A stretch of DNA of 64,000 nucleotides from the human T2T-CHM13v2.0 reference genome, Homo sapiens (GCF_009914755.1 NC_060944.1); one strand, 5' to 3'. Counted from the first letter of the stretch, positions 1 through 18,000 are shown. Made by a program: numbers and translations. Notes: a model not told the origin generated them from the sequence alone.

Positions 1-225
1 AGCTAGGCATGGTGGCATGCGCCGTAGTCCCAGCTACTTGCGGGGCTGAGGTGGGAGGACTGTCCAACACATGGACATTGGGGAATCTTCCAAGACGCAC
101 CTACAAATTCCCAGAAGGGACCAGCTGGGAATTTATGTGCCATGTGCATCTCTGGGATATTTCCTAAAAGAAGAGAGGCTGAGGCATGGTGCACAAATTC
201 TGTATCTCTGGCAGAGTCCTCCACA

Positions 226-920
226 TGAAACTGCCTTTGCAAAATTAGACAGAGAAATCTAACATAGCTGACTTCATCCTTCCTCTAACCTCCAAGCTGT
301 TCTTGGTCATTTCTGGGCATAAGCCAGACTAACTTTGGGAGACATTTAGTTTATAGTTTAACCTTAGACTACCATAGCCCTTCCCAAAACTAAATCACCT
401 TTGTAAAACTAATGAAAGGCCGCAAGGTTAGGAGAATGAGAAGGGCCCGAATTCTGCTAGGATGGAGGCGTAAAGGAAAAACAGCCATTGTTCCGGAGGT
501 CACAAGATTTGCAACTTCCCCAATCTCTCTTGTAGATAACATCACTATTGTAGAACCTAAGATTGGTCTTTTGAGGTGTCTATTCAGACTTCTGCACTTC
601 TGACAATTGGCTAACTCCACCCAGACTCATGACTCATGACTAAGCAGTCCTCTGGGACCCCCACTCAGAGGCAAACCATTTTCCATGCCCCTGTGATAGC
701 ATCCCCAACCAATTAGTAGCATTCCCTAGTCCCCTGCCCACCAAACTATACTTGAAAACCGCTAAACTCAAAGCCTTCACAGGGATCAGTTTGAGTAATA
801 ACTCCATCTCCTGTGTGGTGGTGGGTCTTGCATCAATTAAACTCTTCACTGTAATGCCATGGTCTCAGTGAATTGATTTTGTCTGTGCAATGGGGAGGAC
901 AAGCCCATCAGGCAATTACA
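226..920 (+). mobile_element. ERV1 solo LTR, LTR8 family (LTR8A/8B-like)
   Basis: starts TGAAACTGCCTTTGCAAAA and ends GGCAATTACA (TG...CA); body matches the recalled LTR8-family consensus. Confidence 0.8.
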
Positions 921-1128
921 GAAACATGCTGGGAGCCTAGGCACCTCTGCGTCTGCTATCCACATGGCCACTTCCTTCTAACACCAAGCCTGGGATATCT
1001 TCATCACACTCATTCCCCAAACCTTGGCCCTTTTCTCATGGAACAACCTTGCTGAAAGTCAGTGGAGACAGACTCTCACTACTATCTCAACTAGAGACAC
1101 TAGTTGACACAAGAAACTGTGCTTCTAA

Positions 1129-3498
<2,370 letters not shown>

Positions 3499-5130
3499 CC
3501 TGCTATATTCTTAATGTAGCAAATTAGTCCAACACTGATCAGACTCTCAAGCGAACTCTTCTGGCATTTGATAAAGTATCAAGTTATTTTAAAATATTTA
3601 AAAGTTATTTTAAAAGTTATTTAAAAATATTGAGCAACTACCCTAACACACATAACATAAAGCTATACTAATCGCATGGATGACTCCCAGGTACCACACA
3701 CTGAGACAGAACTTGGGAGGAGGTGGAATGGGAGCAGGTTTGGTAGAAGGAAGGAGGAAGGAAGAGCTCTGTTGAGGTATGTTAAGTGCGAGATGCTTAT
3801 TAGACCTTAAAGTGGAGATGGGGACACAGTTGGATGTATGAATCTAGAACTTATTTGAGAGGTCTGGTCTGCAGAGAGATACATTTAAAACTGTGAGATG
3901 CCACCGAACTTTTGCTGAGCTTTTATAGCTTTCTTCCTGTTAAATTAAGTAGTTTGGCTTTGCAAGTAAGCTTCAGAAGTTCACCCATCCTACCCACATT
4001 TCTATTTTCATGTTTAAGTAAATTTAGTAGAGGACTAGATAAATTATAGTATCCCTCTTATTATTCCTATACTAATATTACTTTCCTCATTACTTTTAAA
4101 CACTTGACTTTCATGTCATTTCCCTTCTTAACAGTCATTAACTTTTATCTCCTATACCATGCTAAGCTTCTCTCTGGCATTCACAATATATTCTCCATTG
4201 TCAAAATGGCTCCTTCATTCCTCCTGAACACACCACGAATATGACCCTGGCCTCTGACTTTATGCAGACTGCCACCCAAACTGGTTTCACAACTCCCTTG
4301 ACCTGTACCTCTATCTGTAAGAGCTTGAGAACTCTATGAAGTCTCCACCTGTTCCAGCCTATCATCTCCCCTCCTCATCTCCACATACATTTGCATGGTA
4401 GTCTTCATCATATGGTCTCTTGCATTTTAAAAACCTCAAACCTACTTCTCAAGTTGTACAAGCTCACTAACAGGTCATGTTGGAATGAGTTTCCAATCAT
4501 GAGTGCCAAAATCATGCAGTATTTCCAATACAAATACTTTGCTTTCTACCCCAAAAATACATGATCCAAAACTAAAATGCAAAGGAATAAATCAACTGTA
4601 TCCAAATCTCAATTAATAGGACTCCATTATCAGCCTAGAGTACCAAGCCAGTAATAATGTGAGAGGCAGAATTTAGTCAGAGGCATAGAGAGCGAGCCTA
4701 GGCAGAAAGGGCAATGAGTGTCCACCAGGACTAATGAGGCGACCTGCCCCAGGCCACACAATTCCTATCCAAGGCAGCGCCCTTTTCACTACCAGTCCAC
4801 CAACTGCGGGACTTAGGTGTGCTGTCCCAGGAAGAGGCAACCAGGCCTGGGGGAAAAACTGTACCTTCTTCTTCCACTTAAATGGAATAACTATCCCTGT
4901 ATTTCTCCTCAGTCTGCATGGAGCAAAAAATTGGTTTTAGCATAATCCATCAAATACATGACTCCAAGCAACCAGGACAGAGAACTCCATTGGTAAACAT
5001 ACAAACCCATGCAAACACACACACGCATATGTGAGCACACACATACTCCAGACATTATGGCCAAGCATGCCATACAAAACTGTGTTTATCGTGAAACAAT
5101 CTGAGTTAGGAAACTAGGATTGTTGCCACC

Positions 5131-6400
5131 ACCATTTATTTATCTAGTTCATAACTAAGGATAGAACACTATAGCAGTGCTAGAGATGCAAAGACGTCCC
5201 TGCCCTTAAGGGGCTTACAATCTTACTGGAGAATATAACAGGCACATAAGAAGCTGGACTACAAGGAAGCATGAGCTAACAAATGCCAGACTTCGGAAGG
5301 CAGCGTAGTTTGAGAACATGGGATTCAGAGTCACAAAACCCACATCCTAGTCCCAACCCAGTATATCAGTTAACCTCTCTGGGTTTTTTCCCAGCTACAA
5401 CATTAAATAGTAAGACTGAGAGGCTGTCTGCATGTTTCCATCATCATTCAGATCAAAAGCTGAGATGAGCTTTAGGGAGGAGGCTGCACCTGAGCGGGAC
5501 ACTGAAGGAAGGCAAAGGAGGTGTTTCAGACAAGCAAAGCAGTACTGAGGTAGCTGTAAGCTTGGAGTTTGGATGGGAGACGACAGACAAGTGTCACAAG
5601 GAGCAACGGCAGAGAGGTGGGTGGGTGGCAGGAAGCGCCACAACACTTTCCACACAGGGGTGGGTGGTGTGCCTCACATTTACAGCCGATCATTTACAGC
5701 ACATAATTCCAGAGAGTAGAAAATACCAGAGGATAATGGCGGCATTTTTTCAAACATTTCACTTGATTTCCATAAAGTATAAAATAATTTAACATTATAC
5801 CTCTACATTTCAAAATTCACATCAATAAACCATCCTAATTGTTAAAATGCAAACCAATTCAAAGTTTACATTCTTAGTAAACATAACTAAATCTCTTAAT
5901 TCAAAAGGACATTTGATACAAATTATATTACTCCAATAATTCCAACATTCATTTTCCACCATGTTCCAAGCACTGTGAAAATAAAAATGACTATGACAAG
6001 GTCCCTGCCCTTGAAGAGCCCGCAGCCTGGCAGATGAGACAAAGATCAACTCTGCCTACCTAGAACGGAATTACTGTGATGCACAGCCTGATCAAGGTAC
6101 GAGCCGTGGAGCACAAAGACGGATTCATCCTTCCTGAAGTTTCCACAGGGGCTCAGGAGAGAGGTCTTGGGCACAAGAAGAAATGAGTTTGGCAGAGAGA
6201 AAGTGACTATGGGAGGAGAGGGCTCCCAGGCAGAGGACACACGGGCACAGAGAGGAAGTCCAGGGCCAATGACAGGGACAGGGTGGCTGAAGCAGGGTGT
6301 AAAAGGCAACAGCTAGTGATACGAAGGCCCGGACTTAGTCCTGTGAAAATAAGGAGCCATTGCTTGTCATGTTTTAATCATCTACTAACACTGGTTCATA
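5131..6400 (-). mobile_element. degenerate L2 (and MIR) fragments in the distal 3'UTR
   Basis: L2 3'-end motifs gtccctgccct..aaggggcttacaatc (5196) and cattcatt..caagcactgtg..gtccctgcccttgaagagc (5946-6020). Confidence 0.6.
5135..5140 (-). terminator. distal polyadenylation signal AATAAA
   Basis: tttatt on the plus strand; GU-rich tract downstream on the minus strand. Confidence 0.7.
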
Positions 6401-7169
6401 AGGTCAGGAAGAGATAGGACAGAAAGTGAGCAGGAAGGTTCTGTCTGTATTGTAGGCAGTGACTGTCTGCTCTCCCCAGCAACTAAACTGCTCAGAAGCC
6501 ACACTCCCCATGACCTCCTTCCTTCATCCTTTCTTCTGTCTCCTTTTTCTCTTTATGATCTGCTTCCCCTCTGTCCTTGAGTCTTCAAAATGGAGCCAGC
6601 ACTGGGAAGGCATAGGAGAGGAGCAAAGGAGCAGGACTAGAAACAAACATATATGGCTAATCGAGTTACTATAAAGAAATGGTAACCGTATTGGACAAAG
6701 GTCTGCAGATGAAGGAAACTAATTCTTTTTCAGGAGTTTTCCAAAAGTGCCCAATTCACACCAAAATTTTGGAAAATCTCATACAATGTGGGAAAAGTAT
6801 ACAGAACCCTTGCAGAAGACTCCATTTCCTAAACTATTTTGCATTAATATCAACGTTACAAACGCAATACCATAGGATTTCAGAGCCTATCTTCACACAA
6901 ATAAGATCTGACCAAAATTGCATTGCTTAGCTTAAAAAATACTACACAATGTATAATTTCAAGTCTTAGGTTCTCAGCTACTACCAAAATATGTCAATAT
7001 ATGAATAAACTGCCTTGTGAAAAACATGCAGTAAAAGGTAGATGCAAATAAGCCATCCCTTTAGGGTAGACACTATATTAAAATTTCTTGTCATATTATA
7101 AAACCATTCTACAAAAGTAACACCTTCTTGAAATTTCATTTTGTAATGAAGAAAATAAATCTGTATCAT

Positions 7170-7343
7170 TTTATTTAACATTCATTCTTTAAGTTACAGT
7201 TAACACAATCAGCTTCTAATCCAAGAAATCCTAGTATAATCTGAAATACATGCATATACATTTAGTAAGACCTACATTTCTAAATAAATTACATGCATGA
7301 TATACAATAAAGAATACTAATATGAGAATTCAGGACATTTATT
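7170..7343 (-). terminator. candidate proximal polyadenylation signals (AATAAA at 7170-7175 and 7338-7343)
   Basis: two tttatt hexamers on plus within a repeat-free, AU-rich UTR segment. Confidence 0.5.
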
Positions 7344-8341
7344 TTTCTGCATGGAAATTTAACTACTGTATAACACACGCACATACAAAACAAACCCACA
7401 AAGCAACAGTGTGTAATAGGTAGTGAGAGACACACAAAATAAGCATATTTAAAACGCCTACAAACAGCCTTTTTTTTTTAGGCAACAAAATACGTCCAGT
7501 CCTTGACATCTTCTCATACTCACCTAGCACCACAGATGCAAGGACCTAACAGTAAACATGTACAATCTCATGCTTAACACCTAAAGCATGCACTGAATTG
7601 AATTTGTATGTTGTGATCTATTCTACTAAGTATGCAATACATACTTTTTCTTACTAATATTTTATACATTAAATTACCCTGCAGCATTTTGAAATTTTAA
7701 CATTGATGTAAAACAACTTTTGAAAGATTTATGAAACAAGTTTCGAGGTTCACCTTCAGGCTGGTTTGGTTAAGTGGAAAAATGGCAGCAGCCTCAAGGT
7801 TCATACTGAATGAAAATGGTGTTGTGTGCATGTCAACCCATGTAAAAAATACCTATATACAAGATGGCACAAAGATTTGTGCAGTTGGAATCACCAGTGC
7901 AAATGCATGCATTTGAGGTACTTATTTTTTTCATGGTCAGGTATAATTATGCATAGTCATTTTCCTTAAGTGCTAAAGATTTCAGACCTGATCAAATGAA
8001 AAGCTGTAAGTGTAAATATGAGCTATTTATATAGTTAATTTCAAAGTGCTATGCTTTTAATGAACATATGTTTAACATTATAGATTTATATATTTAGTTT
8101 AAAATATTTATATTACTAACCAATAAATTTTCTCACTATAAAGAGACTGACTGGCAATTATACCTGGCCAAGTAATTTAAATAGCATACTTGCAAGAACT
8201 GTAGTGAAAGAGTTAAATACTTCATTATTGCTTCATTGAACTGAGAAGCCCAAAAGGCATAGATCAACAATGCTCAGTGATGAAAAATGAATACCCAGAA
8301 CAGCGGTGCACGCCCCCAAAATGACCTCTGTGCAATAAAAA

Positions 8342-8531
8342 CTAAGCATTCTCCACGTTATCAATGCCGTTGGCATCCACATGGATATCAGACTCCCCAC
8401 ACAAAGATGAGGGAACAAAGCGGCTAACAGTGGGACACAAACAGCTCTTAAGCTCTGGCAATTCCTGCTTCAGGCGTTCCAATTGCTCCACTTGGAATAT
8501 ATTTGGTTGTTCAGGCATCCAATCATATATC
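8342..8531 (-). CDS. GPCPD1: GPCPD1 last exon, coding part (190 nt; RIYDWMPEQ...IDNVENA-stop TAG)
   Basis: lies within ORF 8342..8551; catag acceptor; C-terminus matches recalled GPCPD1. Confidence 0.97.
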
Positions 8532-9499
8532 CTATGATGAAACAAATACAAAGCACATAAAATACTGTGATTTTATGGTTTACCTAAGACCTGCCTGACT
8601 CAACCTTTTCATAAGAATTCATTTACAGAATGCCTGGAACATCCACATCAGAGTTTTTGTTTTGTTTTAAAGATGAAAGTATCCATTCTCTTTTTTAAAA
8701 TTTCTCTTCTTCCCAGTCTTTCCAATAATCCAGAATAGCAGCATTGCCCTTTTGTACCCCCGATGCAATGGAGCTCAACATAAAGCAGCTGAATCAGAAA
8801 ATGAAATGTCTAGTTTACTTGTGATCTAGCTTAAAGTATTTGCCCTCCAACTTGCCTTTTTTTAACAAATGGAAATCTATAAAAAACTGACTGCTCTGAC
8901 TTCAAAGTCACTAAAGATCGAGATAAGAAGACTGCTTACCAGCGTGGGAACTACTCTAAAGCTGCTCAATAACGTCAGACACGTCCAGAGTGGAGAACTC
9001 TGAAAGAGCCTCTGGTGACCTGACACTGGCACTACCCATCAGCAGAGAAAAGATGGCCTCCTGTGCCTGAATGTGACAGCCAGGCAACTATGTAAGGCAG
9101 TATCAGAGAATCTTTATGACATCACAGTAGGAAAGAATTTTTTCAACACGATAAAAAATATGGTGACTCTAATAAATATCTGACTGTATTAAAACAAAGA
9201 GTTTCTATTAATTATTAAAGACATATCTAAGAGAATGAAAAATGACCTCTGGGTCAAGGTATCAAGACAGAACAGAAGCATCTAACTTCGTTCTCTCCCT
9301 ATATTCCATTAAAAATAAAACAAAGATTCTTTTCAATAAAATCCATAAGTAAGAGAAAAACCCAAGAGACAAAGCTACAACATTTTGAAAGCTGGAAAAC
9401 AGATGGATAAATAAGAACTGAAAGTTTGTCAGTGAGAGAACTGAAAAGGCTGGCTCCCAGGCCAGTGGTAGGAAACAAGAGCAGAGTTAAAAGCAGGAG

Positions 9500-10328
9500 C
9501 AGATCGATGTAAGACGGCGGACTGTCAAACCAGAAACCACCCCTACTCCTAATCCCCCTGTGAAGAGGAGAAAACAGAATCTAATCAGGAGGTTGCTAAC
9601 CCAGAACACTATATTAAACATCCTCTACAGAACAGATGGGCACTCTGGTTTTTTTAAAAAAGATAAAAGCAAAACTTGACAAGCAAACCTGCCGCTGATC
9701 TCTAAGTTTGATCCTGTTGACTTTTGGGCTCTGTACAACCATATCCAGTTGTCTAGTAATTTAATGTCTGGCTGTGACTACTCACTTTTTAAGGATGGTG
9801 TTGAGCCCATGTGGGAAGATGAGAAAAACAAACAGGGAGGATGATGGCTAATTTACATTGAACAAACAGCAGAGATGAAGGGACCTCAATCACTTTTGGC
9901 TAGAGACTCTACTGTGTCTTATTGGAGAATCTTTTGATGACTCAGTGATGATATATGTGCAGCTGTTCTTAATGTTAGAGCTAAAGGTGATAAGATAGCA
10001 GTATGGACTACTGAATGTGAAAACAGAGAAGCTGTTACACATATAGAGAGGGTATACAAGGAAAGGTTAGGACTTCCTCCAAACATCGTGATTGGTTATC
10101 AGTCCCATGCAGACACAGCTACTAAAAACAGCTCCACCACTAAAAATAGGTTTGTTGTTTAAGAAGACACCTTCTGAGTATTCTTCTGAGTATTCTCATA
10201 AGAGACCAAGTCAAGCAATCGAGATTTTGGAGCTGAATCAAAGCCTCTTCAAAAACTACTAGAGTGGACTGGATTTAAATTTAATTTCCATCCAAATGTT
10301 GCTAAGATGTAAGAGAAGTCTCATTCAC
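9500..10328 (+). pseudogene. EIF4EP1: EIF4E processed pseudogene (intronless), antisense within GPCPD1 intron 19
   Basis: 5'UTR agatcgat.taag; start decayed to ACG (9514); GAAACCACCCCTACTCCTAATCCC...CAGAACAGATGGGCACTCTGG...AATAGGTTTGTTGTTTAA (stop 10160-10162); ~165 nt of 3'UTR; indels and a TGG>TGA change. The symbol is from memory of the chr20p locus. Confidence 0.92.
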
Positions 10329-10453
10329 TGAGGTGGGAGGACTGGAACTCAGGAGGTCAAGGGAGCAGTGAGCTGAGATTGTGCCACTGCACTCCAACCT
10401 GGGCAGCAGAGTGAGAGAGAACCTGCCTCAAAAAAAAAAAAAAAAAAAAAAAA
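10329..10453 (+). mobile_element. Alu right-arm fragment with A-tail directly joined to the EIF4E pseudogene
   Basis: tgaggtgggagga...cagtgagctgagattgtgccactgcactccaacctgggc followed by an A-run of ~25. Confidence 0.85.
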
Positions 10454-12870
10454 TCCTTAATGATTTCAGGGAAATAGCATGTTCATTAAATGAGAATAGG
10501 ATGCTAAATATATGGAAAAAAATGCACTCAGAGAAAAAAAGATAGTTCTTGGAAATTAAAGACACAATAGCAGACATGAAAAACTCAACAGAGGCCAGGC
10601 ACGGTGGCTCACACCAGTAATCCCAGCACTTTGGGAGGACAAGAAAGGCAAATTGCCTGAGCTCAGGAGTTCAAGACCAGCCTGGGCAACATGGCGAAAC
10701 CCTGTCTCTACTAAAATACAAAAAATTAGCCAGGCATGGTGGCGTGCGCCTGTAGGCCCAGCTACTTGGGAGACTGAGGCATGAGAATTTGCTTGAACCC
10801 AGGAGACAGAGGTTGCAGTGAGCCCAGATCGCACCACTGAACCCCAGCCTGGATGATAGAGTGAGACTATCTCAAAAAAAAAACAAACAAAGCAAACAAA
10901 CAAAAAACATAAAAGCTCAACAGAATGAGTAGAAAGTAAGATTGAGAAAACCTTTCAAATGAAGCAAAAAAAAAAAAAAAAAGACAAAATAGGAGGAAAA
11001 AAAAATCAAAAATCTGGTCCAAGAGCTATTTGATTCAAACAAAAAGACTTCTATAAAGAAAAAAATCAAGAAAATTGAAAGGGTCAAAAATCAAAAGAAT
11101 TATTTTTGAAAAAATTTTCCTGTGTTTAAGAACATGTATTGACAGACTAAAAGGGTTACCAAGTGTCCAGCAAAGTGGGCAAAGCCAGACCCACAAGAAA
11201 ACACATCTCTATAGAATTCCCAAACTCTGGTAATAAAAGGAAGACCCTCAAAGCTTCCAAACAGGAAACACAGATTACATGTGTGAGAACATAATCAAGG
11301 TGGCTTCACACTGAGCAACAACACTGGAATGGTAAAGATGATGGAGAATGTTTCTAAAATTCTAAAGTATTTCTAACATAGAGTTCTATACACAGCCATG
11401 ATATTTCTGGACATATAAAACCTCAAAAACATTTACCTCCTGTGTCCACCTTTCTTAAGAAGATGCTGAAAGACATGTCCCATAAAACTCATTGAACCAA
11501 GAGAGGAAAAGATATGAGCTACAGGAAACAGGAGATCTAACACAGAGAATGGCAGGGCACAGGATGACAGCTGTGCACAATCAACCAATCAGTACTGGAG
11601 CAGCCCGGTGGAGAGGCAGACGTATTGAGGGCTATTACTCCGAGAGAGACACTGTCACTCTAGCAGCTATGTTAACCTAAGAACAGAGTGCCCTCATGAG
11701 CCTGAACTGGCATATTACTTAAATATGGTCTAACCATGTGCTGATTAAGTTTCCACATTACCTGCAGGATTATAATGCTTTGGCCTACTCCTGAGAACTG
11801 GTAACAGGCTACAGTGAGTGTAGAACCAGGAAATACAGGACAGCCCACTCCTGCTATACCTCCTATGCCTGACCCACAGGCAGATGTGCTGAGCTAGAGA
11901 CCTAGCGGGTCACACAAACAGTTCGGAAAGTTAAGACTAGCATTTAAGCGCACACACACAAAGAAGTACACGCATGAACAGGAAGTATCTAAAGGACACT
12001 TGGAATTGTTTCAGGTGCATACTTGTAAATATACCTTATCTGTGTACTGGGTTGCCGCATAAAATAAGCTGGGTGCAAAAAGGTTTGAAAGTCATTGTAC
12101 TATCAATAATGTTCACAGCAACACTATAAAATAGCAATTACTTGGCAGCAACCTAAATGTTCCTAAATAGCAGTCTAAGTTGTGGTAAAGACAACAATGG
12201 AATATTAACAAGACCACGAAAAGGAGTAAGGTATAGCTACATGCAACAATATGTTAATTTTAAGAACATAATTACAAGTTTTATGAAGTATATTTAAAGC
12301 TTGAAACTATACAAAACTACAGCTGGGGCAGGAGAATCACTTGAACCCAGGAGCTGGAGGGTAAGGCAGGAGAATCACTTGAACCCAGGTTGCAGTGAGC
12401 CGAGACAGTGCCACTGCACTCCAGCCTGGGTGACAAAGACTCTGTCTCAAAAAAATAAAAAGAACGGCCTCTTACTCATCATCCTAAGTGCAAATTTTCC
12501 AAACAAAATACCAGAAAATGATATGTAGCAGTTGAGTGTTTGATAATTGAAAACACACTCACACACTCTCACCACACCTCTCTCCAATCCAAAATGCCTC
12601 AAAGGCTCCAAGTCACTAATCATTCAAAACCTTCTATGTGATATCTAAATTTGATAATGGAAAAAATAGCATAAGCAGATTATTTAGAAATAGAGGTAAC
12701 TGCCAGAAGAGCCAAATAAAGATTTGAGGGGACACGGTCTCAGCCAGAGACAATGGAAGAAATAGGTACAAGAAATTATTGGTATTTTATTATAAGACTT
12801 ATCAAACTATTTGAATTTTAAAACTATATACACATGCTTTTTTGAATAAAATTAAAAAAAAATGTTGAGG
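10454..12870 (+). mobile_element. HAL1 (half-L1, ORF1-like) element, fragmented, with an Alu at ~10593-10905 and other inserts
   Basis: ttcttggaaattaaa..aactcaacaga, agcaacaacactggaa, aaccaagagaggaaaagatatg, caggatgacagctgtgca match recalled HAL1; 3' part at ~12600-12870. Confidence 0.65.
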
Positions 12871-13624
12871 GTAAAAACCAACTCAACACAACCCACCTTT
12901 CCCCTCCTCAGACCCTATTAGGAATCCAGTGCCTGGCCACCTCCCTGAAACCCTCAACAGTCATGCCCTGATTTACACTCTTGCCTCTGCCTAGAACACA
13001 AATCTTGTCAAAGTAAACATAACCACTCCCCAAATTCCAACTCAATTCTTCCTCTTTAAAGCTCCAAGCCAGGAAGAACTTTCTTGAGCACCTGTTATAT
13101 CATGTATCTTCCTGTTCTCCATTAAATGTCAACATTTGATTTCAACCAAGTAAAGCCCTTGAGATGAAGAATCTGCCTGAAATTTGTATACTCTACAAAA
13201 CCATAAATGATATAATCTCATAATATACTTCCTTGTCAGAAAATATTTGTAATCATTCCTTGTAACAAAAATACACATATAACCATATACATTCAAAAAT
13301 TTGCTAAAGCCAGTACTTGTTCCAAATTATTTAAAATTTTAATTAAATTAGTTGGAAATGCTGAAGAGCGCTATGCGTCACTCATGCTATTTCATGCAAA
13401 ATTAACCAAATAGTTTAAAAGGCAGGTAGGTAGGATTTACTTGGACTACAATTTTAAAACCAAACTAATTGAGACAAAATACTGGAAGGAAAACAAGCTT
13501 TATTCAGAAAGTAATATAACTTTATGGGAAGAATAGTAATATGAGCCAAATCCAAGGAATGTATTGTTTAAAGCAGGCCTAGTGAGATTTTATCACTTAC
13601 TCTTTGTGTAACACTTCTCAAGCA

Positions 13625-16908
<3,284 letters not shown>

Positions 16909-17034
16909 TATGAGCAAGTCTGCTAATCCCTCAGCAGAGTAAATGACATCCCTTCTAACCCCAAATATCTTTATACTAAAGAAACCTTTTTGACTCTCAG
17001 ATTAGTGGCTGCCAAAGAAGCTGATGGAAAAAAA

Positions 17035-18000
17035 AATATTTGTTCAATAAATTATTTGACTCCCTACTGGATGCCCCACATTGTTCTAACCTCAATAGCA
17101 ATGAACAAATCAGGCAAACAGCCTTGCCCTCCTCATGGAGCCTATATTCTCATTTGCATGTGTGCATTAGTGCCCAGGAGGATGGAGGAAAGGGGCTAGG
17201 GAGAAAAACAAGTAAAATGTAACACAGAATATGTGGTGTGTCAGATGATGATAAATGATATGGAGACAAGTCAGGGAGTGCACTGTGAATAGAAGTTGTT
17301 ATTTGAAATCAGTTATTCAAGAAAGTCCTCACTGAGGTGACATTTAAATTGTTACGGAAGTCTTTCTCCAAAGAATGGGAAACAGCAGATGGGGGAATTT
17401 TGTGGAAGGTCAGAGAGGGAAAGAGGGTTGAAGGTGGTGGGGTGGCAGATTGGCTCATATAGGGCCCTCAGGCTTCAGCTTTTCCTTTAGGTGACACAGA
17501 AAACTGTGGGAGAGTTTTAAGTAGCAACATGATCAGACATAGGTCTTAAAAGCTTCCCTCTCACTACTGTACTAAGAATAAACAGCCTGACCGTTAAGGG
17601 TAGAGGCAGTCACCAGGGGGCAGGCTACCTCAACAATCCACACCAAAGATGAGCTGCTTTACTTGAGTGACAACAGTTAACTTGGTGAGTAGTCTGATTC
17701 AGGATATATTTTGAAGACAGAACAAAAAGATTTTCTATCTGACTGGATTTGGGGTATGAGATAAAGAACAGAGTCATGGAAGACTAAGAATATGGTCTGA
17801 ATTGTCACTTATACTGAAATCAGGAAGACTGTAAGAGGAACAGGTGTCAGTACCTGGAAATAAAAGTCTACAGAGGTCTAGGGAAGGGTCTGAGTTGGAG
17901 ATACGTAAGTGTGAGAACACAGAAAGTTATGAAAAGCCACAGAATTGGACAAGAGGAATGAAAAAGTTGGTATAGACAGAGAAGAGGTCTAAGGGCTGGC
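17035..18000 (-). mobile_element. L2 3' region
   Basis: ttcaataaa..ctgccctcctcatggagcctatattct, caggatatattttgaag, ggatttggggtatgag L2 motifs. Confidence 0.7.

Larger units (their letters stand above)
5115..8341 (-). other. GPCPD1: GPCPD1 3'UTR (long form, ~3.2 kb; 3' end approximate)
   Basis: runs from the stop codon to AATAAA at 5135-5140 (minus); UG-rich sequence follows at ~5013-5045. Confidence 0.75.

Noticed and set aside
8940-9060. Possible cryptic exon with donor CTG|GTAAGC in the last intron
   Set aside because: Acceptors are weak and ambiguous, and all options contain stops; indistinguishable from background pseudo-exons.
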